Source: a virus. From it: a stretch of 64,000 bases of DNA. Where the stretch lies: IMG/VR virus record IMGVR_UViG_3300025626_000019, positions 6,336 through 70,335 of that record; one strand, 5' to 3'. Each line of letters begins with the position of its first letter. The stretch's first letter is position 1. Below are positions 50,373 to 59,086 of this stretch, one piece after another. The translations under genes were made by a program, and so were the position numbers. The notes under the pieces are model-generated. The model was given only the letters and a program-made list of their open reading frames with translations, searched no databases and was not told the origin of the DNA.

Positions 50373-50696
50373 TTATCCACCTAAAAATACTTTACCTGAT
50401 CCAGATGTGATTTCTGCGCCACAATTATATACATCACCTAAACGACCTGCACCTTTAGTTTCTATGAAAACCTTTGTGCTACCTACAGTTAATCCTGGTG
50501 TATGAGTGGAACAAGTGCCGTCATCCTTTCGAACGACGCCAATACCTTCTGCGAAAACCTTGCCGCTACATGCATCAGTTGATGTGGTGATAGGTGCAAC
50601 ATCACAGAATGAATTGTCATTTGTGTTTGCATCACCCGACGCTACGTGAACCGTATTCACAGTCTCTGTTGCGTCTCCTCTAGCGGCTTTGGGCAT
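50373..50696 (-). CDS. PAAR-like spike tip protein (gp5.4-like)
   Basis: MPKAARGD...H...S.KVF.EG...R..D...H...GS.KVF......RLGD...CG..I..GS.KVF.GG. Confidence 0.8.
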   Translation of the reverse strand: MPKAARGDATETVNTVHVASGDANTNDNSFCDVAPITTSTDACSGKVFAEGIGVVRKDDGTCSTHTPGLTVGSTKVFIETKGAGRLGDVYNCGAEITSGSGKVFLGG

Positions 50697-51445
50697 TATG
50701 CGGCTTCCATCATTTTTTCTTTGGCAATGATATATTCTTTAACTAAACCAGAGCGAACAATATCATCTACCGTGAATTTGATTGTCTTGAATGACGGAAT
50801 GTCACTAAGAACATTCATAAACTCACCAAGACCAGAGATGTCTGCCTTGTTACGGTTAATTGCCAAATCGTCTTGCTTCGTATCTCCACAGAAGATAATT
50901 CTTGAAGATTCGCCAACACGTGTAATGATTGTATCCAACTCGTGATATGTCATTGACTGGCACTCATCAACCAAGATGATTGCATTGTCAAAGGTTAGTC
51001 CACGAACAAACGAAGACGTCATAAACTGGATCATCCCCTTTTGCTTTAGGATTTGATATGCATCTCTTCGACCAAATAGATCATTTGCAATATCTTGATA
51101 CGGTGCTTCAAACACAGCCGCTTTTTCTGCTTGTGAACCTGGCATAAATCCCTGTTCTCTTGTTTGGACTGCCGATCTAATGATGACAATCTTTTCATAT
51201 TGGTGTTTCGTCATGACGTCTTGCATTGCTAGGTACATACCACACATCGTTTTACCTGTGCCAGCAGTACCAACTGCCGCGAGATTTTTTCCTTCTTTAT
51301 AAGAGTTGAATAGTACCGACTGAGAGTCTGTTAACGGTGAAATTTGACGCATTGCAAATTTTTGGTTTAGGATACCTACTAAATGTTCGCTATCTCTCTC
51401 TTGTCTACGCTTTTCCTTGCGGGATAATCTGCGCTGTTTTGTCAT
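50696..51445 (-). CDS. phoH: PhoH family ATPase
   Basis: GTAGTGKT, GFMPG...EK, SFVRGLTFDNAIILVDECQ, TRVG, GD..Q.DL, DIVRSGLV. Confidence 0.92.
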   Translation of the reverse strand: MTKQRRLSRKEKRRQERDSEHLVGILNQKFAMRQISPLTDSQSVLFNSYKEGKNLAAVGTAGTGKTMCGMYLAMQDVMTKHQYEKIVIIRSAVQTREQGFMPGSQAEKAAVFEAPYQDIANDLFGRRDAYQILKQKGMIQFMTSSFVRGLTFDNAIILVDECQSMTYHELDTIITRVGESSRIIFCGDTKQDDLAINRNKADISGLGEFMNVLSDIPSFKTIKFTVDDIVRSGLVKEYIIAKEKMMEAA

Positions 51446-51478
51446 GAAACCTCCTTATGATAACTCAAAGTCAGGATT

Positions 51479-51715
51479 TTACCATGTGTTGATGTTATCT
51501 TTTTTATGATGATGTTTTACATTTTTGAGTACATCACGAAAGCCATCATCGGGCTTCATACGCCCAAGACGGTACGGGTCAACGAACCCCGGAAACTTTG
51601 TAAAGATTTGTTTGATATGGGTATTGGTAGCTAGATAATGCTCTAAGTCTGCCCAAGGCATACTTTCTTCAAACTGTTCATGTGTTTCTTTGTTTTCAAA
51701 ACTATAGGTAGGCAT
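51479..51715 (-). CDS. FmdB-like small regulatory protein
   Basis: MPTYSF.N..T.E.FE..M; KPDDGFRDVL. Confidence 0.65.
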   Translation of the reverse strand: MPTYSFENKETHEQFEESMPWADLEHYLATNTHIKQIFTKFPGFVDPYRLGRMKPDDGFRDVLKNVKHHHKKDNINTW

Positions 51716-51740
51716 TAATGCTCCTTACTTTTCATACATC

Positions 51741-51748
51741 TATTTATA
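51741..51748 (-). promoter_or_regulatory. T4 late promoter for FmdB-like/phoH/PAAR
   Basis: tatttata (TATAAATA on the minus strand) 26 nt upstream of 51715. Confidence 0.65.
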
Positions 51749-52331
51749 AGATTGAGTGGTAGATATCGTGCCAATTAGCGACATTTTTTACATTTGGGTG
51801 AGAAAAATTTCTGCTGTGGTTGGATGTCAATAGATATGAATCTAACCCCATCTCTGCGCCAAGTTGTGCGTTCTCTGGCTTATCTTCCACCCAAATACAA
51901 CCGCTATCACGATAAGGCTCAAGTGCATCATTCTTATCAGCACCACAAGGCAAACAGATCAGTTCTTCAAAAATCTTTCGACCAAACACGGCTTCAAGGT
52001 TTTTCTTTCGTAGCTTACCTGCATAGATGTCATCTGATAGAGATGTGATTACATGGAATACGTAACCATGATCTTGGTTTAGTTTGCGAACATACTTAAC
52101 GGCATCACGGAATGGAGTTAACCACCCAATAGCCGCTGACTGGTTGAAATACTCAATCAATCCATGCGCCTTCTCTGGTGTAATTCCAAACGTTGAACCC
52201 ATACAGTAAGTCGAGATAGTTGGGTCTACAGGCTTGTAACCCTGTTTCTCCATCCACCTAAAGAAGCTATATGTCCATTCTAGTAGTACACCATCACAGT
52301 CTACCATTATTACTTTTTCATTCATCATCAT
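51744..52331 (-). CDS. HAD-superfamily 5'(3')-deoxyribonucleotidase-like protein
   Basis: VDCDGVLLEW, VITSL, WVEDKPEN. Confidence 0.78.
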   Translation of the reverse strand: MMMNEKVIMVDCDGVLLEWTYSFFRWMEKQGYKPVDPTISTYCMGSTFGITPEKAHGLIEYFNQSAAIGWLTPFRDAVKYVRKLNQDHGYVFHVITSLSDDIYAGKLRKKNLEAVFGRKIFEELICLPCGADKNDALEPYRDSGCIWVEDKPENAQLGAEMGLDSYLLTSNHSRNFSHPNVKNVANWHDIYHSIL

Positions 52332-52367
52332 AATATAATACTTTCTTAATCGTCTTTAGTGACGAAG

Positions 52368-52505
52368 TTATCTATTCAACATCCTCATGCATGTAAGTAC
52401 AGAGTTTTCTCCCAAGCAATCAGACCAAATATGGTAAAGATACCATCCAACTAATACAATACCAATTGTAATAGCAATTCCATATATTACTTTTTCATTG
52501 ATCAT
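52368..52505 (-). CDS. Small membrane protein (45 aa, not in the ORF track)
   Basis: MINEKVIYGIAITIGIVLVGWYLYHIWSDCLGENSVLTCMRMLNR; flanked by ~55-nt direct repeats. Confidence 0.5.
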   Translation of the reverse strand: MINEKVIYGIAITIGIVLVGWYLYHIWSDCLGENSVLTCMRMLNR

Positions 52506-52520
52506 AATATAATAACTTTC

Positions 52521-52685
52521 TTAATCGTCTTTAGTGACAGAGAGGTTTGCGTTTTTCTCTTCACGTTTCATGCGCTTTCGGTCACGACGTCGCTTCATTC
52601 GATGTTCTTTGTCTTGAACATCATCATCGTCCATTCCCCATTCTTCATCGTAGTCTTCACGAAATTTTTTAAAAGTCTTAGCCAT
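52521..52685 (-). CDS. Small charged protein (54 aa, not in the ORF track)
   Basis: MAKTFKKFREDYDEEWEWDDDDVQDKEHRMKRRRDRKRMKREEKNANLSVTKDD. Confidence 0.6.
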   Translation of the reverse strand: MAKTFKKFREDYDEEWGMDDDDVQDKEHRMKRRRDRKRMKREEKNANLSVTKDD

Positions 52686-52692
52686 GTTTGTT

Positions 52693-53121
52693 TTACTCTT
52701 CGATTAATTCTGGAAACGCTTCCATTACGGTTTTCTTTGTAAGACCTTTGACGGACTTGTGCGAGATCATATGGTTTGCCAACAAGTCAGCATCATCATT
52801 ATCAATATCTTCTAGTAAACTGATAAACAACTGTTCGCGTTTAATCGGTTTCAAACTGTCATATCCACCACCTTCTACGAAAATACGAAGTCTACGTGCT
52901 TCTTGAAATAAGAGCGCTTTAGCCTCATCTTCATACTCATTATATTTCCAAGGTGGGGGTGTATCTGGTACTAAAAACTTTACCCCTACATCATATATAT
53001 TCTTTAGCACAACTCGCAACGGTTGGCTGTCATTTTCACGCAACCAAGCAATCTTGTCACTCTTAGAGCCAAGTGTTTGTACGTGATTTACGATTTCTGA
53101 AATAGATCGTCTTACTGCCAT
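52693..53121 (-). CDS. Conserved T4-like hypothetical protein (DUF6433-like)
   Basis: K...L......L..vLk..yD....f..P...PP; L..E.R.L..F..GG...l...kRE.lFi.lLE. Confidence 0.7.
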   Translation of the reverse strand: MAVRRSISEIVNHVQTLGSKSDKIAWLRENDSQPLRVVLKNIYDVGVKFLVPDTPPPWKYNEYEDEAKALLFQEARRLRIFVEGGGYDSLKPIKREQLFISLLEDIDNDDADLLANHMISHKSVKGLTKKTVMEAFPELIEE

Positions 53122-53123
53122 TA

Positions 53124-53984
53124 TTAAAAATCCTGTATGTCTGAAACCAAGTTCTTTAGTTTCTTAGTGATGAAGAAGTTGAACAGATGCTCACGTCCAA
53201 CCATTTTTTCTTGTGTATATTCAGCAATGATCATATCTTGGTAGTTCTGAGGTACTTCTTTCAAGTCAATCATCTTTTTGTTGCGATTGTATCTTGCAAT
53301 AGTTTCCTCATCCATATTCTCACTAGTGCCTCTATACAAAGCCATACGCTTCTGCGTCATAGGCTTCTGTCGTTCCCCAACAGCCAAACAATTGTCAGCC
53401 GATAGGATATTCGGTACGCCATCGCCAGCATCACCTTTCAGAATGTGTTCTTCAAGGAACTGCGTTGGGTTAGTATCAGTCAACCAACGTTTACGGATAG
53501 GATCAAATTGATCAACATTCGCATAAGTTTGTAGTTGAATGAAGTCTTTGTCGGCAGAAAGAACAAGGTATTTCTCTGCACCAACATTCAAGTCAGTGCC
53601 TTCTTTGTGTATAATAGTACCGATAATGTCATCTGCTTCACAGTGATCAATATGAATTACTTTATACGGAAAGAACTCTTTCATCTCATCACGGATGACG
53701 TTCATAATATTGAATACGTTATTCCAGTCAAGATCAGACTTGTCTCGTGTTTTCTTACGGTTTGCCTTATAGTAAGGGTACGCTTCGCGTCTCCATGTGT
53801 TTTTACCGTCAGCACAGATGATTATCTCACCATATTCTTCATGGAACTTCTTTCGATTTGTCCGTACTGAATTCAAGAACATATGACGAATGATGTTCTC
53901 ATCAATGTCTATGTTTGTATGGTTACCTATGCTCGAAAAAAGCGATGCAAGGATAACCTGATTAAAATCCATTAATATTGCCAT
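53124..53984 (-). CDS. rnh: T4 RNase H (5'-3' exonuclease)
   Basis: WRR..YPYYKANRK, EADDIIG, S.DKDF.QLQ, GD.GDGVPNILS. Confidence 0.92.
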   Translation of the reverse strand: MAILMDFNQVILASLFSSIGNHTNIDIDENIIRHMFLNSVRTNRKKFHEEYGEIIICADGKNTWRREAYPYYKANRKKTRDKSDLDWNNVFNIMNVIRDEMKEFFPYKVIHIDHCEADDIIGTIIHKEGTDLNVGAEKYLVLSADKDFIQLQTYANVDQFDPIRKRWLTDTNPTQFLEEHILKGDAGDGVPNILSADNCLAVGERQKPMTQKRMALYRGTSENMDEETIARYNRNKKMIDLKEVPQNYQDMIIAEYTQEKMVGREHLFNFFITKKLKNLVSDIQDF

Positions 53985-54012
53985 TATATTTCTCTTTGTT
54001 ACATTATAGACT

Positions 54013-54041
54013 ATTTTAGTCTATATCTTCCTCATTGTCAA
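54013..54041 (-). promoter_or_regulatory. Sigma70-like promoter
   Basis: TTGACA-17-TAAAAT upstream of rnh. Confidence 0.6.
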
Positions 54042-54369
54042 GTATTTTATCTACTTCTTCATGATACTCATCTAAGTCTATGGCATCATTCGCAAAGTCT
54101 TGCAGAGGATGGTGCAAACCTTGACTCAGTAGATGCAGTGATTTTATTGTTTCCAAAACAAGAACTATAGATGGGAAGTATTCTGATGGATCGTCACCAA
54201 AATCACAACCACTCCTAATAAGTTCAGTTAATACGGATTGCCATATCAATTCAGAAACTTGATCAGCCAACCCATATCTGAAGTCTGTTACTTGTTCTTC
54301 AAGTTCGTCTTCATTCTGGGGTGGTGTCCCAAACCTTTTCTGCTTTGGGAATTCTATAATATCAGCCAT
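54016..54369 (-). CDS. Hypothetical protein
   Basis: 117 aa; IIEFP N-terminus, HPLQDF motif. Confidence 0.65.
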   Translation of the reverse strand: MADIIEFPKQKRFGTPPQNEDELEEQVTDFRYGLADQVSELIWQSVLTELIRSGCDFGDDPSEYFPSIVLVLETIKSLHLLSQGLHHPLQDFANDAIDLDEYHEEVDKILDNEEDID

Positions 54370-55321
54370 TAGCTCTCAGTTCTAGCAAAAGTTTAGTCCA
54401 ATTGCTTTTAAAAATTTCAATACTGTGAGGGTACAAATTCGATCTGTCGTGGTTAGTCATCGAACTGATAAACTTAGGATCATCCTTTTGAATATCAAGA
54501 ACTTGCTTGGCATACGCATAAGCAATGTTAGCATGCGCAGTCTGATCCTCATTATAATTGTACTGAATAGTTGCATTAGCACTTGTCTCGCCCAAAGCAC
54601 CTAGATTTGGGTGAACGCAAAGCACACCAGAGCGGATAGCTTCGATCATTGCAATACACGATGTTTCTTGCCAAATATTTGGATACAAGAAGATGTGACT
54701 GTCTTTCAATGCTTGGATAACTACTTCATTAGGTTGTGCGCCATGGTATGTAATGTTAGGGTGATCTGTCAATTTCATAAACAATTCACGGTATGGTTCA
54801 TCACGCTGTTCCCATCCGTAGATAGAAAAAGAAGAGAAAACGTCTAGGTGAATGTTGTCATGTACCTTAGTCAGTGCGTCAAACACTGGGTAGAGCAATT
54901 CTAAGCCCCTGTGAGGCGTAGTATGATAGATAAATCTAATTTTGTCTGTAGGTTTGTCACGTGGCTCAAACGTCGTTTCTACGGCGTTGTGGATGACAGA
55001 ACACTTTGAGTGTGGGATGCCATACATCGCAATGTACTGGTCACGTTGCCACTGAGAAACGAATACAAAATGATCAAACTGTTTCCACTCGCCATTGCGC
55101 AAGATTGTATTCTCTGGGTCTTGTGCCAAATCATGGCAGTATAGAATATTCTTATTTACATCTGTTGGAATTTGTCTTGGTCGTGAGAAGTGGATAGCCA
55201 CGTCACCCAATAAATCAAAGTCCACGTTGTCCAATAGGCGCTTACGCATCATTTCTGTGCCACCATTAGCGTTCTTAGATTGTTCGCTTTCGACAATATG
55301 TCCTTTATGAATCATGCTCAT
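54362..55321 (-). CDS. Glycosyltransferase (GT-B, GT4-like)
   Basis: GGTE, HD, FVS.WQ, YHTTPHRGL, YP..W.ETSCI..IEA...G. Confidence 0.85.
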   Translation of the reverse strand: MSMIHKGHIVESEQSKNANGGTEMMRKRLLDNVDFDLLGDVAIHFSRPRQIPTDVNKNILYCHDLAQDPENTILRNGEWKQFDHFVFVSQWQRDQYIAMYGIPHSKCSVIHNAVETTFEPRDKPTDKIRFIYHTTPHRGLELLYPVFDALTKVHDNIHLDVFSSFSIYGWEQRDEPYRELFMKLTDHPNITYHGAQPNEVVIQALKDSHIFLYPNIWQETSCIAMIEAIRSGVLCVHPNLGALGETSANATIQYNYNEDQTAHANIAYAYAKQVLDIQKDDPKFISSMTNHDRSNLYPHSIEIFKSNWTKLLLELRANG

Positions 55322-55336
55322 TATTAATTCTCCGAA

Positions 55337-55609
55337 TTATAAAATTTTAAAATCTGTTACAGAATCCCAACGAAAAGAACGCCACCCTGGGGCATTAGTG
55401 TCGTACACCACGCAAACCTCTTCACTCACGGCACGAACTTTTTTCTGTGTTAGGGGTTCGTCTTTGGAAGCTTTTGGCAACACACTTTCCATAAGTGTAC
55501 ATTGCATTACTCGAACTTCACCATTTTTCTTGGTGAAAGTTACTTCGCATCTTTGTTCTTTTAGATTGGCGACGATACCATCTTTGTATGCTTGTGTAAT
55601 TGTTTCCAT
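55337..55609 (-). CDS. SH3/WYL-like small protein (DUF2693-like)
   Basis: VTFTK.NGE.R.M.CTL...V.D....GWRSFR.D.V. Confidence 0.7.
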   Translation of the reverse strand: METITQAYKDGIVANLKEQRCEVTFTKKNGEVRVMQCTLMESVLPKASKDEPLTQKKVRAVSEEVCVVYDTNAPGWRSFRWDSVTDFKIL

Positions 55610-55638
55610 GATATATATTCCTTAGTTTGCTTAGTCAT

Positions 55639-55887
55639 TTATTTAGGCTCAAACTTGACCAATTGCAAGTCTTTGTTCAGAACCTTAAAAACTACGTCTG
55701 CCGTATCCTGTAATGGGTCTAGCCTTAGATTGGCAATAAACCGATCTACGTAATGTAGCTCTTTGTTGTTCTGTGCCGCTATTTCCAGTCCTTCAAAAAA
55801 TGTTTCTACATCGTATGGGTTTTCATAAAATATTGATTCGCTTCTTGGCTTTGATTCTGCTCTACGTTCTTTCTTTGAAGACGACAT
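55639..55887 (-). CDS. Hypothetical protein
   Basis: Probable start MSSSKK at 55887. Confidence 0.55.
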   Translation of the reverse strand: MSSSKKERRAESKPRSESIFYENPYDVETFFEGLEIAAQNNKELHYVDRFIANLRLDPLQDTADVVFKVLNKDLQLVKFEPK

Positions 55888-56507
55888 TGTATTCCTTTTC
55901 GTATATCTTTCCAAGTGTGTGCAAGTACGTTGTGTAGGTCTTCTACACTACCATTGTTGTGTATTCTGTATGTGTCAACATCAAACTTATGGTCTAATAT
56001 GTATTTAGTGTTAATTTCAGTTCGTGATGAAATAACATGCTCTTTCACTACGTTACCATTAAAGTATCTACGACTGTCTATAGAGTAATCACATCCCTCA
56101 CGCACAAGTTGTACAAGAACGAAATTATCAGTACCAACTTTATCCATGATAGGGAACAGTTCATGAGAAAACCCACCATCAGATATAACATAATCTTTTT
56201 TGGGGTCTATCTCTTCTGCCACCATTTTACCAAAATAGTCTAACCCACGTTTTGGTTTGATGAAATTTTCACTGACGTGGATCATAGCTTCACGACGTGA
56301 CATGCCACCAAGATAAGCTGATGGACGCTCTTTTACATCACGATTGTCGTAATCTTCCATAAACCAATCTTCAGACACATCAAAATATTTAAAGGTTTCT
56401 CTAAATAGTTGGTACTTGAAGGATAGATGCTTATATCCCCTAGCTTTAAAAAAATCGGCGGCACAATCTTTACCAGATGCTGGTGGTCCGTTAAATAATA
56501 TAATCAT
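55806..56507 (-). CDS. Deoxynucleoside monophosphate kinase-like protein
   Basis: FNGPPASGKD, K..P...LGG.S.RE.MI..SE...KP..G..YFG, ISDGGF, DSR.Y. Confidence 0.75.
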   Translation of the reverse strand: MIILFNGPPASGKDCAADFFKARGYKHLSFKYQLFRETFKYFDVSEDWFMEDYDNRDVKERPSAYLGGMSRREAMIHVSENFIKPKRGLDYFGKMVAEEIDPKKDYVISDGGFSHELFPIMDKVGTDNFVLVQLVREGCDYSIDSRRYFNGNVVKEHVISSRTEINTKYILDHKFDVDTYRIHNNGSVEDLHNVLAHTWKDIRKGIQCRLQRKNVEQNQSQEANQYFMKTHTM

Positions 56508-56716
56508 GCTGTATCACTTTCTGCTTTAAATGCTTCTTCCCATTCACCCTCTACTATGCCAGATAAGATAAACTCACGATCTGCATCTGATAGATATGGC
56601 ATGGCTTCGCTAACACAAACCATTCCTGTTTCATATAAAGCCCAGTCTTGTGGGTCTACTGGTATATCTTTAGAACGAACTTTTCCACTGTACGCACTTT
56701 TTCTTTGAATTTTCAT
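56504..56716 (-). CDS. Hypothetical protein
   Basis: AMPYLS.ADREFI.SGI...EW family. Confidence 0.65.
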   Translation of the reverse strand: MKIQRKSAYSGKVRSKDIPVDPQDWALYETGMVCVSEAMPYLSDADREFILSGIVEGEWEEAFKAESDTA

Positions 56717-56743
56717 GTTACCACGACTCCTACGATTTCTAAT

Positions 56744-56772
56744 AGAATACACTACTCTACCAGAAATGTCAA
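56744..56772 (-). promoter_or_regulatory. Sigma70-like promoter
   Basis: TTGACA-17-TATTCT. Confidence 0.5.
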
Positions 56773-57174
56773 GTCTTTTACGTGACTACGATGAATTTTA
56801 CAGTTTATAATTCCGTTGTAATAGTCATCACGCAGTAATACGTCATGCTCAAACTGGTACTTAGCTTCAAGGTAGCCAAGTTCGCCTTTCTTCATACACA
56901 AAGTTAGTATCTCTCTGTGGAAGTTATCAGCACCTTTTTCTTCAAGCATCTCTTTCACAGCATCAGATGAACCATAATAGGTTTTCCAATCTGATTCTTT
57001 TATGACGGTACGCTTGCGCTTGTATCCTTTTAGGGGTGGTAGCTTACGAACAGATTTAAGTAGTTTCTTTCCAACGTACTTCATACCATTAGATTTGTCT
57101 GTGATGAGATACACAAAGCCAATGTATTCCCCAATCATCTCAGACGTGAATTCTTCACCTTTGTAGTACCACAT
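56752..57174 (-). CDS. GIY-YIG nuclease (Seg-like)
   Basis: GFVYLIT...NG.KYVGKK, ESDWK.YYGSS, F.REIL, YYN..I. Confidence 0.8.
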   Translation of the reverse strand: MWYYKGEEFTSEMIGEYIGFVYLITDKSNGMKYVGKKLLKSVRKLPPLKGYKRKRTVIKESDWKTYYGSSDAVKEMLEEKGADNFHREILTLCMKKGELGYLEAKYQFEHDVLLRDDYYNGIINCKIHRSHVKDLTFLVE

Positions 57175-57202
57175 AATATATCTCCATGCTATATGAAGTT
57201 AT

Positions 57203-57430
57203 TTATGTTGGTTCGACAACCCTTGGAATGCAGATTGCTTGAGTTCCTTTAGGAAAGGAACCCATTACACCACTAAACTTAAACCCAAGTACAGATCGTG
57301 CTTCAAAGCACTCTAGCATAGTATCATAAGTCCAATGACCTTCTACTGTGGGTTCGTGGTATTCTCCATTAAACATGAGATTTATGAATACTAATGTCCA
57401 TAACTCAGTCAATTGAAATCTCCTCTTCAT
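57203..57430 (-). CDS. Hypothetical small protein
   Basis: TM.ECF.AR...QAICI motif; start uncertain. Confidence 0.55.
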   Translation of the reverse strand: MKRRFQLTELWTLVFINLMFNGEYHEPTVEGHWTYDTMLECFEARSVLGFKFSGVMGSFPKGTQAICIPRVVEPT

Positions 57431-57572
57431 CTTCGTATTCTACGAATATTTTGAGTGTACGATCATCGTCTTGTAATGACAAAGACACGTTGTTGACATT
57501 ATGTTTGCCATAGGAACGACCTCTGTTGTCGATAACTTCGACACGAGTTACTGTTTTTGGGATATCAGTCAT
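57405..57572 (-). CDS. Hypothetical protein
   Basis: VTRVEVID..GR.Y......V.LSLQDD.RTLKIFV. Confidence 0.6.
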   Translation of the reverse strand: MTDIPKTVTRVEVIDNRGRSYGKHNVNNVSLSLQDDDRTLKIFVEYEDEEEISID

Positions 57573-57777
57573 GTCCACGCCCAACAACCCAACTACCTTC
57601 AACTTCCCACTGTCTAACGTATGGAAAGAAATCTCCATGACTTGCTAGTTCGATTTCTGGGTATCCCTCTGAAATCAACCAAAGAGTAAGACTCCAAGGT
57701 TGAGGTAGGGGGTTGGGTAGTGCCTTTGGGAATCCATACTTCCATCCACTGGGTGGGTCAACCATAGTAACTTTCAT
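57565..57777 (-). CDS. Hypothetical protein
   Basis: DPPSGWKYGFPK...WL...GYP family. Confidence 0.65.
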   Translation of the reverse strand: MKVTMVDPPSGWKYGFPKALPNPLPQPWSLTLWLISEGYPEIELASHGDFFPYVRQWEVEGSWVVGRGHD

Positions 57778-57789
57778 AATATATCTCCT

Positions 57790-58044
57790 TTAGAGTTTTC
57801 CGTCGCCAAATCCACCAGAGGTGTCCTCAAGCTCAGATGCAAATTCGTTATACCCACCAATATGAGTTTTATATCGGAAGATTTGTGGTACAGTTTTATA
57901 TCCTTCAGTAAGCAAACCGTCAAGTTCGCTCTTATACTTTTCGTACCCAATATCTTTGTATTCGTACTCAAGCCCCATGCGTTCACATAATTTCTTAGCC
58001 CTAAGGCAGAATGAACAAGTTGCAGTTCCGTAAATATCAATCAT
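57790..58044 (-). CDS. nrdC: Glutaredoxin
   Basis: CSFC, TVPQIF, HIGGY. Confidence 0.88.
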   Translation of the reverse strand: MIDIYGTATCSFCLRAKKLCERMGLEYEYKDIGYEKYKSELDGLLTEGYKTVPQIFRYKTHIGGYNEFASELEDTSGGFGDGKL

Positions 58045-58295
58045 CGTCTGTTCCCATTAAATAAGCACCTTCTGGTAGATGCATTGCCGCATTCTTCTGG
58101 TAGATGCATTGCCGCATTCATTTCATTAAATTGTTCTGGTGACATTTCAATCAAAGCGAAAGCATTTCCGTCTTGATCCCACTGGCGAATGTAACATATG
58201 TCATCATAAACAAGGAATTGAACATCTTCGTGTTCACCTGTGGAGTCTAAGATAGTTATTGCCGTTTCGTCCCAATCCATTTCGATAGTAAACAT
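58037..58295 (-). CDS. Hypothetical protein (C-terminus frameshifted by a 25-nt duplication at 58069-58118)
   Basis: Repaired end AAMHLPEGAYLMGTDDD*. Confidence 0.6.
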
Positions 58296-58298
58296 ATA

Positions 58299-59006
58299 TT
58301 ATTCTCCTAATCCTTTAAGCTTATCCCAAGTTTCTTTCCAACTACTAACATGGAAGTTATTACCGTATTTATTAGCAATTTTCAAAGCATAATCGTTACC
58401 ACCTTCATCCATCGCATCACCGTAGAAGTAGACCTCACAACCCTCAAAGTCAACCATGATTTGGGATTTATCTGATCCTTTGGGTCCGATGTCCAATCCT
58501 GTCTCACCACCAACATTAGCTTGTAGGTCTGGAAACATTGTATTGAATGCGTTTGCTATATTAGAACGTTCATTAGTCTCCTTGTCCCATACGACATATT
58601 CTTTGCGCTGATCTTTTGTTGCATTTCTACCAACAACACTAAAGTTTATCATACCAGGACGTTCTTCGATGTGGTTTCCTGCGCGTAATTGAAATCCACT
58701 CTCATATTCGCAACTGATAAGGAAAGTTTTTGCTAGTTCTGGCAACTGCCACTCGCTTCTCTTCACATTATGGTCACGTTCATACACGTCACTACCAGAG
58801 CAATTGTAAACACGCTTACATGTATCATAGATGTATACACCAACCTGTTCTATAGTCTTTGCCCTGTCGCTACCAGTAACTAAGTACACATCATTACGTT
58901 CACAAAATTTACTAAACCACACAGCAAAGTGTTTGTTCATTCTTCCTCTACTAGGCGTCAATGTACCATCGACGTCGAAAACATATTTAATCTTCGTCTT
59001 CTTCAT
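58299..59006 (-). CDS. Phosphomannomutase (HAD, eukaryotic PMM-type)
   Basis: FDVDGTLTPSR, VTGSD, IE.R.GM.NFS.VGRN, GGE..LDI.P.G.DK, F.GD....GNDY. Confidence 0.85.
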   Translation of the reverse strand: MKKTKIKYVFDVDGTLTPSRGRMNKHFAVWFSKFCERNDVYLVTGSDRAKTIEQVGVYIYDTCKRVYNCSGSDVYERDHNVKRSEWQLPELAKTFLISCEYESGFQLRAGNHIEERPGMINFSVVGRNATKDQRKEYVVWDKETNERSNIANAFNTMFPDLQANVGGETGLDIGPKGSDKSQIMVDFEGCEVYFYGDAMDEGGNDYALKIANKYGNNFHVSSWKETWDKLKGLGE

Positions 59007-59086
59007 AAATAAACCCCTCACTAATATCGTCTTCTGTTTGCGTCTTTTTAAACCACATTTTCAAAATCATCAACTTAAACTTTGTT

